Assembly (NCBI GenBank): GCA_026931725.1
Contig: JAIXLE010000177.1
Span: 6,781 to 70,780 of the forward strand
Source: Bacteroidales bacterium
Lineage (GTDB): Bacteria > Planctomycetota > Planctomycetia > Gemmatales > Gemmataceae
Direction of reading: 5' to 3'
DNA length: 64,000 nt
Shown here: one piece after another, positions 19,420 to 28,461 of the stretch
Layout: the number at the start of each line of letters is the position of its first letter
Numbering within the stretch: the stretch's first letter is position 1
Notes under the pieces: generated by a model
What the model was told of the DNA's origin: nothing
Databases searched by the model: none
The model's input: only the letters and a program-made list of their open reading frames with translations
Position numbers and translations under genes: made by a program

Positions 19420-22400
19420 ATGAGTTTGGTCCGTCTTGCGTTGGGAAATGTCTACGGCGTAGTCGTGTTCGCGCTGTTCATTGCGATTCTCGGCTCCGTG
19501 GCATTGCTGTCGATTCCGGTCGACATTCTGCCCGCGTTCCGTGTCCCCGCCGTCCAGGTGATGACCTACTTCAACGGTATGCCTGCTCGGTCCATCGAAC
19601 GCACCATCACCGACCGTGTGGAACGCTGGGTCAATCAGTCGCCCGGCGTGGCGAATGTCGAATCCCGTTCGGTGTCCGGTGTCAGCGTGGTGCGGCTCTA
19701 CTTTCAGGAAGATACCGACCCGAACTCTGCCTTGACGATGACGAACTCGCTGGCATCCGGGGCGCGGGCCTATCTGCCAACGAACACGCTGCCGCCGATT
19801 GTGACTCCGTTCGACCCGACCGGCACGCTCCCCCTCGGCATTCTGACGGTCAGCAACCCGAACATGCCCGAACAGCAGATGAAGGATCTCGCACGGGTGC
19901 AGGTGCGGAACTTTTTGGGTTCCGTTTCCGGTTGCGTCGCGCCGGTGGTGGTCGGCGGGAAAGACCGGCGGGTGATGGTGTATCTCGATCCGCAGAAGCT
20001 CGAAGCTCGGCGACTCTCTCCCGTGGACGTGGTTCGAGCGCTGGACCTCGGCAACATGATGGTGTCCCCCGGAACTGCCTACATCGGGGACAGTCAGGTG
20101 TCACTCGATACCAACATGATGGTCCGGGAAGTGGATGATCTCAACGATCTCCCCATCACGTTCGGTTCCGAGGGGCAGGTGCTGCTCAGCGACATCGGCC
20201 ATGCTTACGATGACGCGGTCATCCAGAAATCCCGTGTGCGGGTCAACGGTCGGCAGCAGGTCTTCATCCCGATCTATCGGCAAGCTGGCACCAGCAGCCT
20301 CACCGTGGCGGACGGAGTCAAGAACGCGATCCCGGAAATCGAAGTGGACATGCCCGAAGGCACGCAACTCGCTTTCGTGGTCGATCAGTCCGAGTATGTC
20401 CGCAAGGCGATTGACAGTCTGGTGCATGAAGGCATCATTGGTGCGATTCTCGTCTCGTTGATGATTCTGATCTTCCTCGGTAGTTGGCGGATGACCTTGA
20501 TTGCCACCATGTCGCTGCCCTTGGCGATTCTGGGGGCCATCATCGGGTTGAAAACGACCGGCAACACGATCAACGTGATGACACTCGGCGGGCTGTTTCT
20601 GGCGATCGGCCCATTGGTCGATAACGCGATTGTGGTGCTGGAGAACATTCACCGGCACCTGGGGCTGGGCAAATCAGCCTTTCAAGCGGCCCTTGATGCC
20701 ACGGGCGAGCTGACGTTACCTGTGATTGTGGCGACGTTGGCGCTCATCATTGTGTTGTGTCCGGTGGCGCTGACACCGGGGGTGAGTGGGTTTCTGTTCA
20801 AGCCGCTGACGATGGCGGTGGCCTTCGCCATGATTGCGTCTTTCATCCTGTCTTGGACATTCGTACCGGCACTCTGCGCGAAACTATTGCGGGGCCACGG
20901 GCAGCACGGCGCGGGCGGTGAACATGAACACCGTCACGCCCCAGATTTGCACCCGCACCCGGCAGCGCTCGGTTTCTTTGGCGCACTCCACGCGCGATTT
21001 GATGCGGGGCTGAGCTGGGTCAACCGAGCCTATGTGGCGACGTTGCATCAGGCATTACGGTATCGCTTTCCCGTGTTGGGGTTGGTTATCGCGCTGTTCG
21101 TGGGTTCGTTGATGTTGGTGCCGTTCATCGGGCAGGAGTTTTTCCCAGCGGTCGATGCCGGGCAGATCAGCGTGCAAGTCCGCGGCCCATCGCACATGCG
21201 GCTCGATGCGACTGAGCGGCGGATTATTGATGTGGAACGGGTCATCGCGGAGGTGATTCCGCCACACGAACTCATGATGGTGGTGTCCGAAATCGGGCTG
21301 AACAACGACGTGTCGGCGGCGTACTCGCCCAATGCCGGGCAGCAAGACGCGGTGATTCGTCTGCAACTCACCCCGGAACGGACCAAATCGGCCCAGGAAT
21401 ATGCCATTCTCCTGCGGGAACGGATGCAGGCCGAACCGGAATTCACCGATCTGGAATTCAGCTTCGACACCGGCGGGATGGTGTCCGCGGCGCTGAACTT
21501 TGGGGCATCTTCACCGATTGACGTGCAGATTACCGGGGGCACCCGCGAGCAGAAAGCTCTGGCAGCCGAGAAAATTCGCAAGGCCGTGGTCGCGGTTCCC
21601 GGCACCGCTGATGTGCGGGTGTTGCAGCGGAACGATTCCCCGTACCTCGTACTGGAAGTCGACCGGATCAAGGCCGCCGCCGTGGGGCTGACCGCCCGCG
21701 ATGTCGGCATGCAAGTCGTCACCGCGATGAACTCCAGCATCGCCTTGACGCGGAATTTCTGGATCGACCCGAAATCCGGTAACCAGTACTACGTCGCCGT
21801 GCAGTACCCGCTTGCTCCCGACTTCCGGCTCGACGACCTCCGCAATATGTTCGCCACCGGCACGAACCAGCACACCCCCGTGCGACTCAGTTCCCTCGTG
21901 ACCGTGCGGCCCACGACCGAAACCGTGGAATTCAACCACTCCGGCTTGAAGCGAGTCGTGAACGTGCTGGTCAACACGGAGAACCGCGACGTGGGCAGCT
22001 TGGCCGCCGATGTTCACCGAGCCGTTTCATCCGTGGAACTGCCCAAAGGGATGAAGGCGGAACTGCGAGGCGAATACGCCCGGATGCAGGAATCGTTCCA
22101 GAGTCTGGCGGTCGGCTTGGCACTCGCATCGGTGCTGGTGTACCTGCTCATGGTGCCGCTCATGCGGTCGTTCGTCATGCCGATGATTATCATGGCGACC
22201 GTGCCGCTCGGTCTGATCGGGGTGTTATTCACCTTGTGGGCGACGGGAACCAGTTTGAACGTGCAATCGGAAATGGGGGTGATCTTCCTGGTCGGTATCG
22301 TCGTGTCGCAGGGCGTGCTGCTGATGGATTTTGCCAATCAGCTCCGCAAGCAGGGCCGCACCGTGGCCGAGGCGATCACGGAGGCCGCCGCCATCCGCTT

Positions 22401-22593
22401 CCGACCGATTCTGATGACGTTTTTGGCGACGTTCTTAGACCTGCTGCCGATGGCGATTGGCCTGGGCCGTGGGTCTGAGGCGTTGACCCCGTTGGCCCGC
22501 ACGGTGGTTGGCGGCTTGGTCACGGCGACCGCGCTCACGCTGATCGTGGTGCCGATCCTGTTCACGCTCTTGATCCGTGATAAACGCCGCTGA
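19420..22593 (+). CDS. efflux RND transporter permease subunit (AcrB/CzcA family)
   Basis: 1057 aa with 12-TM architecture and typical RND N-terminus and periplasmic loops (AIGPLVDNAIVVLENI). Confidence 0.92.
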   Translation: MSLVRLALGNVYGVVVFALFIAILGSVALLSIPVDILPAFRVPAVQVMTYFNGMPARSIERTITDRVERWVNQSPGVANVESRSVSGVSVVRLYFQEDTDPNSALTMTNSLASGARAYLPTNTLPPIVTPFDPTGTLPLGILTVSNPNMPEQQMKDLARVQVRNFLGSVSGCVAPVVVGGKDRRVMVYLDPQKLEARRLSPVDVVRALDLGNMMVSPGTAYIGDSQVSLDTNMMVREVDDLNDLPITFGSEGQVLLSDIGHAYDDAVIQKSRVRVNGRQQVFIPIYRQAGTSSLTVADGVKNAIPEIEVDMPEGTQLAFVVDQSEYVRKAIDSLVHEGIIGAILVSLMILIFLGSWRMTLIATMSLPLAILGAIIGLKTTGNTINVMTLGGLFLAIGPLVDNAIVVLENIHRHLGLGKSAFQAALDATGELTLPVIVATLALIIVLCPVALTPGVSGFLFKPLTMAVAFAMIASFILSWTFVPALCAKLLRGHGQHGAGGEHEHRHAPDLHPHPAALGFFGALHARFDAGLSWVNRAYVATLHQALRYRFPVLGLVIALFVGSLMLVPFIGQEFFPAVDAGQISVQVRGPSHMRLDATERRIIDVERVIAEVIPPHELMMVVSEIGLNNDVSAAYSPNAGQQDAVIRLQLTPERTKSAQEYAILLRERMQAEPEFTDLEFSFDTGGMVSAALNFGASSPIDVQITGGTREQKALAAEKIRKAVVAVPGTADVRVLQRNDSPYLVLEVDRIKAAAVGLTARDVGMQVVTAMNSSIALTRNFWIDPKSGNQYYVAVQYPLAPDFRLDDLRNMFATGTNQHTPVRLSSLVTVRPTTETVEFNHSGLKRVVNVLVNTENRDVGSLAADVHRAVSSVELPKGMKAELRGEYARMQESFQSLAVGLALASVLVYLLMVPLMRSFVMPMIIMATVPLGLIGVLFTLWATGTSLNVQSEMGVIFLVGIVVSQGVLLMDFANQLRKQGRTVAEAITEAAAIRFRPILMTFLATFLDLLPMAIGLGRGSEALTPLARTVVGGLVTATALTLIVVPILFTLLIRDKRR

Positions 22594-22668
22594 TTGTCCC
22601 CGGTCAGACAAGAGAGTGAGTTTCATGCGACTTCATCGCGGAAAGCGGATTATGAGAAGGAATATCAT

Positions 22669-24327
22669 ATGACAGTACCTAACCCCGAACCGTCTCCCGC
22701 AACATCTGGTGTGCGTCCACCGATTACGGGGCGGAGTCGACGGCGAACGCTCGGTTTTCTCCTCGGCATTCTGACGCTGATCGCTTTGGGAACGGGAACC
22801 GCTGTTCTGGCAGGGTTCTTGCCGAATCCCGTGATTCCCGGCACCTCCGACGTGGCGTTGGAGCCCGCACACCGGAAAGCCGCAGCCCGCAGCGTGCAGG
22901 TGATCCGGCCCAAGCTCGATACCAGTATCGGTATTCGCCTGGAGCAATTGGCGGAAGTGGAGCCGTACTATCAGGCGGATTTACGCGCGCGGGTTTCCGG
23001 CATTGTGAAGTCCGTTTACAAGGACATCGGCGATCGTGTGCATCAAGGGGAACTGCTGCTGGTGATTGATGTGCCGGAACTCGATCGGGAAGTGGCCCAG
23101 AAGGCCGCGGTGATTACGCAACGCCTCCAGGAAGTCGCCGTGGCCCGCTCCGGGTTGATGGCCGCGGAAGCCAAGCGGGACGTGGCCGAAGCGGTCATCA
23201 AACAACGGGAAGCGGAACTCGTGGCCGCTCAGGCCGCCCGCGATCTGCGGAAACAGCGGCTCGAACGGTATCAGACCCTGGCCGCCCGTGCCGCGATTGG
23301 CCCGGATGTGATTGACGAACAAATGCGGGAAGTCAAGGCCAGTTCCGCCGCGGTCGATGCCAGCAGCGCGGCAGTTCAGAGAGCTTTTGCTGATTTGAAG
23401 GACGCGAACTCAACTGTAACAGCCGCGCATGCCGATATTCAACTCAAGCAAGCGATGGTGCAGGTGGCCCGTGAGGATCACGCCCGCTCGGCCGCCATCG
23501 CCGGATACACGCGGATTGTCGCCCCTTTTGATGGGGTGGTCGTTCGCCGAACGGTCGATCCGGGCTCGTTCGTGCAAAATGCGACCACGGGAACGACGGA
23601 ACCGCTCATCTCCGTGGCGCGGACCGACCTGATTACGGTGGTGGCCCGTGTGCCGGACGTGGCCGCTCCATTCCTTTCGGAGAACACACGGGCTGTGATT
23701 ACGGTCAACGAACTTCCCGGCGTGCGGATCGAAGGGAAAGTCTCCCGGTTCACCCCAGCCGTGCGTGGTTCGGATCGGACCATCCGGGTCGAGGTGGATT
23801 TATTCAACGGCGACGACAGCGACCGGCAACGGATTGTCGATCGGGTGGTGTCCAGCGGCTTGATCGCGCTCGGAGTCGCCCGACCGCTCAGCGTCGCCGC
23901 GGGTTTGGCGATTGAGGAACGCGCCGAAGCCGGGACGTACAAAGGCGATCCGCTGCCGCCACCGGCGTTGCCGCATCATACCCCCAACGATCACACGCGG
24001 ATTGTACCGGGGATGCTCGGTTCTATGTCATTGGTGTTGCACGATTTCGGCGGAGCCAGCATCTTACCCAGCACGGCGGTCTACACCCGTGCCGGACAGC
24101 CGTATGTGATGCTGATTGAAAATGATGAGGCGCACCAGTACCCGGTTCGGATTCAAGTCGATGATGGACGCATCGCCCTGGTGTCTCTCATCACGAATCG
24201 GCGGGATGCGGACGGTCACACGCGACAACGATTATCCGCACTGACCGGATACGAACAGATCATCGCCAGCCGACAACTGGAGTTGATGGACGGCCAGCCG
24301 GTGACACCCGTTCCGACGGAGTGGTAA
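22669..24327 (+). CDS. efflux RND transporter periplasmic adaptor (MFP/HlyD family)
   Basis: ATG at 22669 after GAGAAGGA. N-terminal TM anchor, coiled-coil hairpin, and beta-barrel motif (IVAPFDGVVVRRTVDPGSFV). Confidence 0.85.
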   Translation: MTVPNPEPSPATSGVRPPITGRSRRRTLGFLLGILTLIALGTGTAVLAGFLPNPVIPGTSDVALEPAHRKAAARSVQVIRPKLDTSIGIRLEQLAEVEPYYQADLRARVSGIVKSVYKDIGDRVHQGELLLVIDVPELDREVAQKAAVITQRLQEVAVARSGLMAAEAKRDVAEAVIKQREAELVAAQAARDLRKQRLERYQTLAARAAIGPDVIDEQMREVKASSAAVDASSAAVQRAFADLKDANSTVTAAHADIQLKQAMVQVAREDHARSAAIAGYTRIVAPFDGVVVRRTVDPGSFVQNATTGTTEPLISVARTDLITVVARVPDVAAPFLSENTRAVITVNELPGVRIEGKVSRFTPAVRGSDRTIRVEVDLFNGDDSDRQRIVDRVVSSGLIALGVARPLSVAAGLAIEERAEAGTYKGDPLPPPALPHHTPNDHTRIVPGMLGSMSLVLHDFGGASILPSTAVYTRAGQPYVMLIENDEAHQYPVRIQVDDGRIALVSLITNRRDADGHTRQRLSALTGYEQIIASRQLELMDGQPVTPVPTEW

Positions 24328-24355
24328 CGGATGACTTTGGGGCAGGGAGGCCCGG

Positions 24356-25912
24356 ATGCCAACTCGGTTTGAACTTCTGCGGTTTTCGCATCTGGTGCTG
24401 GTCGCTGGCTGTGCGGCGGTTTCCGGTATCGCCGCTGGGCAAGACCTGCCCCCGGTTCCCGAACCGCTGCCGCGACCCCGGAAGCCGTATGCCCCCGTGT
24501 CTCCTCCGCTGACCGCCCCCCAAGAAGCGGCCCTGACCAACCAACTCCTGTCCACCGCGTTGCCGATCGACTTGCCGACAACCCTCCGCATGGTGAACGA
24601 AAACAGCCCCACGATCGGCGTGGCCCGCGCCAAACTGGCCGAAGCCACCGCGCGTGTGGATCTGGCCCGGCTCATTGCCATGCCGGACCTGGTCGGCGGA
24701 GTCAACTACTATCGGCTCGACGGAGTCACGCAGAACCAGCGGGGAGAAGTGTTTGACGTGAACCGCTCGTTTCTGAACGGGTTCGCGGGGCCACGGATGC
24801 GCTTTGCTCTGGCCGATGCCTTGTTTCAACCGCTTGTGGCCAATCGGCTCTCCGAAGCCGCCGCCGCGAACACCGATGCGACGATCAACCAGAGCGAATA
24901 TGAAGCGGTGTCGGCGTTTCTCGATCTCCAATCGATGCACGCCGCGTTAGCGATCAACGCGGACACGTTGGCACGAGTCGAACAGATGGTGCGGTATGCC
25001 GAAGCCGCCGAGGAAGCCGGGCTCGCCAAGACGCCCGCCGATGCGGATCGTGCCCGTACCGAAGCCGCGATCTTTCGGAAAGAACGGCTCGACCTGACCG
25101 GGCAAGCGGGGGTCGCTTCCGCGCAATTGACCCGGTTGCTGCTGCTCGATCCGAACGTGAACCTCAAGCCCACGACCCCGGAAGTCGTGCCATTGACGCT
25201 CGTTCCTCCCGATACGACGTTTGAAACGCTGACCGCGACCGCAATCGACCTGCACCCAGACGCGGCCCGCGCCCGGCTCGAACTGGCCGCGGCGGAAACA
25301 CGACTGCGGCAGGAAAAAGTCTCTCCGCTGCTCCCACGATTTGATGTGGACTACGCCATCGGCGGCTTCGGAGCTGGGCGGAACAGCTACGTCGGGCAGT
25401 TCGATAGCCGTTCCCTACTCCAAGCCTCGGCCATCTGGCAACTGGATGGGTTCGGGTTCCGGTACGCGGCCCAAGTGCGGGTTCGACGTGCGGAAGTGGC
25501 CCAGATGCGTTTTCGCCTGCTGGAGACAGAAGCCCGTGTTGCCGCGACCGCTGCTGCCGCCGCGCGGGAAGCCGCCGCCAAGTATGATGGTGTCGATGTG
25601 GCCCAAAAAGCCGTGGCCGAAGCCACGGAAATGTATCGCAAACTGCGGGATACCTCGTTCAACATGGTCGGCCCGCGACCGCAATACGATGCCCTGGAAC
25701 CGCTGCTAGCGATTCGGGCACTCAATCAGGCCCGCCGGGAATATCTGAACGCGGTCATTGGCTTCAATCGGGCGCAGTTCCGACTCTACACCGCCCTGGG
25801 CCGCCCACCGATTGCCGCACTGGATACGGCCGCGATGAAGCCGACGGAATTGCCCGTGGCTCCCCCCGCGATCCGCCGGGATGTTCCCCAACCGGGGGCT
25901 TCCAATCCTTGA
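24356..25912 (+). CDS. TolC family outer membrane efflux protein
   Basis: 518 aa. Signal peptide and two repeated alpha-helical/beta halves typical of OMF proteins. Last gene of the RND operon. Confidence 0.85.
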   Translation: MPTRFELLRFSHLVLVAGCAAVSGIAAGQDLPPVPEPLPRPRKPYAPVSPPLTAPQEAALTNQLLSTALPIDLPTTLRMVNENSPTIGVARAKLAEATARVDLARLIAMPDLVGGVNYYRLDGVTQNQRGEVFDVNRSFLNGFAGPRMRFALADALFQPLVANRLSEAAAANTDATINQSEYEAVSAFLDLQSMHAALAINADTLARVEQMVRYAEAAEEAGLAKTPADADRARTEAAIFRKERLDLTGQAGVASAQLTRLLLLDPNVNLKPTTPEVVPLTLVPPDTTFETLTATAIDLHPDAARARLELAAAETRLRQEKVSPLLPRFDVDYAIGGFGAGRNSYVGQFDSRSLLQASAIWQLDGFGFRYAAQVRVRRAEVAQMRFRLLETEARVAATAAAAAREAAAKYDGVDVAQKAVAEATEMYRKLRDTSFNMVGPRPQYDALEPLLAIRALNQARREYLNAVIGFNRAQFRLYTALGRPPIAALDTAAMKPTELPVAPPAIRRDVPQPGASNP

Positions 25913-26042
25913 CTTGGCCTCGTGCCATGCCTGCTGGGGCGGTTCATCGCGGAACGCTGAACCGTTCTACTCCTTGTCCAATTCCGTTTATCTGATCTCG
26001 GCATCTTTGTGGCTCTGCGCGAGATGGGGTGAAGAGGAACAC

Positions 26043-26117
26043 AACCGGGGACTGTCGTCCCCGGTTCGGAGTGTCCGGCTGAACCGGGGACTGTCGTCCC
26101 CGGTTCGGAGTGTCCGG
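26043..26117. repeat. REP-like palindromic element, tandem pair (copies c1/c2, 39-bp period)
   Basis: aaccggggactgtcgtccccggttcggagtgtccgg occurs at 26043-26078 and again at 26082-26117. Each copy has perfect 10-bp arms and a 4-nt loop. Confidence 0.9.
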
Positions 26118-26320
26118 CGCGGCCACCGGCTCGCTTCGGTATCCCGTCTCCTGCGTGGTTCCGTGATTCCGTGATTGGGAAATCGCATTTTTTGCCATCG
26201 CGGTGTCACCATCGGGGTTCGGTGCGGCCCCACTCTGTTTACACATCCTGATCTCGTCTTCCGGGCCACGGACCAACTGTTCGGTGGTCTGTCATCAATT
26301 GTCTAATAACGAACGATTTG

Positions 26321-26345
26321 TGTGTCTATTTGTGTCTATTTGTGA
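26321..26345. repeat. 10-bp direct repeat (tgtgtctatt x2.5) in AT-rich leader
   Basis: tgtgtctatt tgtgtctatt tgtga, read directly. A further direct repeat (tccgtgat x2) lies at ~26158-26177. Confidence 0.8.
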
Positions 26346-26407
26346 CGCAGGCGGGGAAGATTTCCGGCCAAAATCTTCAGAAAATCGCTTGCAGTGTGAA
26401 ATCGGTA

Positions 26408-26438
26408 TTGACCGATATACTGTACATGAGTACATTAT
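26408..26438 (+). promoter_or_regulatory. candidate sigma70-type promoter with overlapping palindromic operator
   Basis: TTGACC (26408-13), 17 nt, TACATT (26431-36). The palindrome TGTAC-atga-GTACA (26422-26435), inside the imperfect 22-mer ATACTGTACATGAGTACATTAT, overlaps the spacer and -10. Confidence 0.35.
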
Positions 26439-26515
26439 ACCTGTCGACTCACACTGAGGAGTTGAACGACCGGGGCTCCGGCCGACAGCGACAGCCGAGC
26501 AACTTGGAGGCAGTC

Positions 26516-26953
26516 ATGGAAAGTTGGCGGATCGTTTGGCGTGATGGATTCGTTCCTGTTCTAACCACGAACGGTTTACGGGCGCTGCGGGATGCTTTGC
26601 GGGGTGACGATCATCGTCTCACGCAAGGCAGCACCACCACACCGCCGCCGCTGATGTGCGTTCAGGATTGGCCCGTGGAAGGCGCTTGTGCGCTCGGCAT
26701 CTGTGCCTGGCTCGGCGATGGACTCAGCACAGTGGGCGAAGTCGAGGAACACTTTGCCCGCTGCTGCTTCGAGGCCGATGACCGACTCGGAGAGCCGGCG
26801 GCGTGCCGATGGTTCCTGAACTGGTTCGATGATGCCCCGCGTGCCGAAATGCGACGGGAACTGCTCGCCGAAGTGGAACTCGCCCTGGCCGTCCGCGTGC
26901 CGGTGGCCTCGGAAGCCGAACAACAACAACCCAATGCAATTGCTGTTGCCTGA
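26516..26953 (+). CDS. hypothetical Cys/Trp-rich protein
   Basis: ATG at 26516 after GGAGG. 145 aa (MESWRIVWRDGF...CALGICAWLGD...ARCCFEAD...CRWFLNWFDD). No family recognised. Confidence 0.5.
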   Translation: MESWRIVWRDGFVPVLTTNGLRALRDALRGDDHRLTQGSTTTPPPLMCVQDWPVEGACALGICAWLGDGLSTVGEVEEHFARCCFEADDRLGEPAACRWFLNWFDDAPRAEMRRELLAEVELALAVRVPVASEAEQQQPNAIAVA

Positions 26954-26999
26954 TGACCGCGATTTCGATTCTTCATCATACTCGGAAAGGATAGCTGAC

Positions 27000-27326
27000 A
27001 TGATCGCCATTTGCCGTCATTGCTCGCAATCGAAGGTCAACCGTCCTCGGGGGCTGTGCTGGGGCTGTTACTACACTCCCGGCGTGAAAGAGCTGTACCC
27101 CAGCACGAGCAAGTACGCTCGGCGGGGTGTCGGAAACTTCAACGGTGTTGCGCCGTTGCCGCCCGAGCCGACAACCGCACCGCCGGGCAGCCCGGAAAAA
27201 GAAGCCGTGCTTGCCGAACGGGCTCGGCTCAAACAAGCCCTCTGGCACCCGCTCGATGCCCAATATGAAGGCGACCCGCAACCGCTCGCCGAACTGCTCA
27301 AAGCCCGTTCCGCCCTGGCCAGTTAG
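27000..27326 (+). CDS. hypothetical zinc-ribbon protein
   Basis: ATG at 27000 after GGAAAGGA. 108 aa with a CRHC-x12-CWGC four-Cys motif at the N-terminus and a Pro-rich linker. Confidence 0.55.
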   Translation: MIAICRHCSQSKVNRPRGLCWGCYYTPGVKELYPSTSKYARRGVGNFNGVAPLPPEPTTAPPGSPEKEAVLAERARLKQALWHPLDAQYEGDPQPLAELLKARSALAS

Positions 27327-27388
27327 CCCCGATCGCCTTCCGAGTTTTCGCACATCTCCCGGCATTCGACCGCAAGTACCTAACCGCT

Positions 27389-27445
27389 ACTCCCCTCGCT
27401 TCTGGCCCCACACTCTCTGGGGTCGGAGCGAGGGGAGTTCTGTTT
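27389..27445 (+). terminator. long hairpin, probable intrinsic terminator
   Basis: actcccctcgct (27389-27400) pairs perfectly with agcgaggggagt (27427-27438). An inner ggcccca/tggggtc stem is present, followed by tctgttt. Confidence 0.5.
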
Positions 27446-27632
27446 GGGGCCACGCGGTTGCTCGGTGTGCCATCCGCTTCTGATTACCCCTCCTGCCGCA
27501 GTTGGACGCGGAGTCGGCTACCCATGCGGCGACCATCCGGGTAGAACTATCTGTGTTCCATCGGCTTCTCAACGTGGTGCCGCGCACAGGCCGCCATTCA
27601 CCCGGCCACCATCGGTGAGAACCTCGCGCGGA

Positions 27633-28418
27633 ATGGAGCCCGCCATGCCCCTGCCACCCGGACGCGGACTGTCCCTTTCTCTGCCACGTCGCTTCGTCGG
27701 CGATGTGATGTATTTTTCGCGTTCGGTGCCGACCGTCATCGTCGAACGGAATGCGGTCATTCCTGAAGTGCATCATGCGCGATTGGCGGTGGTGCCTCGG
27801 CCGGGCTGGTTGGCGTTGTTCCTCAAGGCCGCGGGGCTGGCCACGCACGATGTTCCCGAACTGCGGCGATCTTTCCTGACGTTCCCTTGGCCACGACTCT
27901 ACGAACATGGTTGCTCGATTCCCGCCGTCACCATCGAACGCGACTGGCAAGGGGAACCGGGTGTGTTCGTCCTGCCGTTGCGTCACCCGGAATTGCTGGC
28001 ACTCACGGAAATTGATGCGACACTCCGGCAAGCGAAGACCGCTCCTCTGCGAGAAGTGGCCGCGTTCCGTCGCTCGCTGCGGATCGGTCGATTACCAATG
28101 CCGTTCCGCCGATGCGTCTGGTGGCTGGCATTGCGAGTCGTGCCGAGTTGGCGGCAAAAGTATTTTGGCACCATCGCGGTCAGCAGCGTCATCACATCGG
28201 GTGCGGAAATCACGACCGCGTTGACACCGTTGAGCGGCTATCTGACATGCGGAGCCGTCACCCCTGAGGGGAACGTGGTTCTGCGTCTGATGTTCGATCA
28301 TCGCATTCTCGATGCGGCTCAGGCGGCTCGGTATCTGGTGGCGTTGGAGCAGCGACTCCAGACCGACATCCTCCGCGAGCTTCAGGGGATGGTGCGGCAT
28401 TCCCCCGAAGCGGCTTGA
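27633..28418 (+). CDS. 2-oxoacid dehydrogenase acyltransferase (E2) catalytic-domain-like protein, stand-alone
   Basis: About 260 aa. The C-terminal LRLMFDHRILDAAQAARYLVALEQRL matches the DHRxxDG active-site region of the CAT-like E2 catalytic domain. No lipoyl or E3-binding domains. Start uncertain (27633 or 27645). Confidence 0.6.
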   Translation: MEPAMPLPPGRGLSLSLPRRFVGDVMYFSRSVPTVIVERNAVIPEVHHARLAVVPRPGWLALFLKAAGLATHDVPELRRSFLTFPWPRLYEHGCSIPAVTIERDWQGEPGVFVLPLRHPELLALTEIDATLRQAKTAPLREVAAFRRSLRIGRLPMPFRRCVWWLALRVVPSWRQKYFGTIAVSSVITSGAEITTALTPLSGYLTCGAVTPEGNVVLRLMFDHRILDAAQAARYLVALEQRLQTDILRELQGMVRHSPEAA

Positions 28419-28461
28419 TTTTGGCCCTGTCTCGGGTGTCCTCTGTTTCCGGTGGTGGCCC

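Noticed and set aside
26043-26117. Possible CRISPR array
   Set aside because: There are only two repeat copies separated by 3 nt, with no spacers and no cas genes. It fits a REP-type palindrome instead.
26417-26438. Calling the palindrome a bona fide E. coli-type SOS box
   Set aside because: The right half-site reads CAT instead of CAG and the central part diverges. The LexA motif of this phylum is unknown to me. It is kept only as a hypothesis in the findings.
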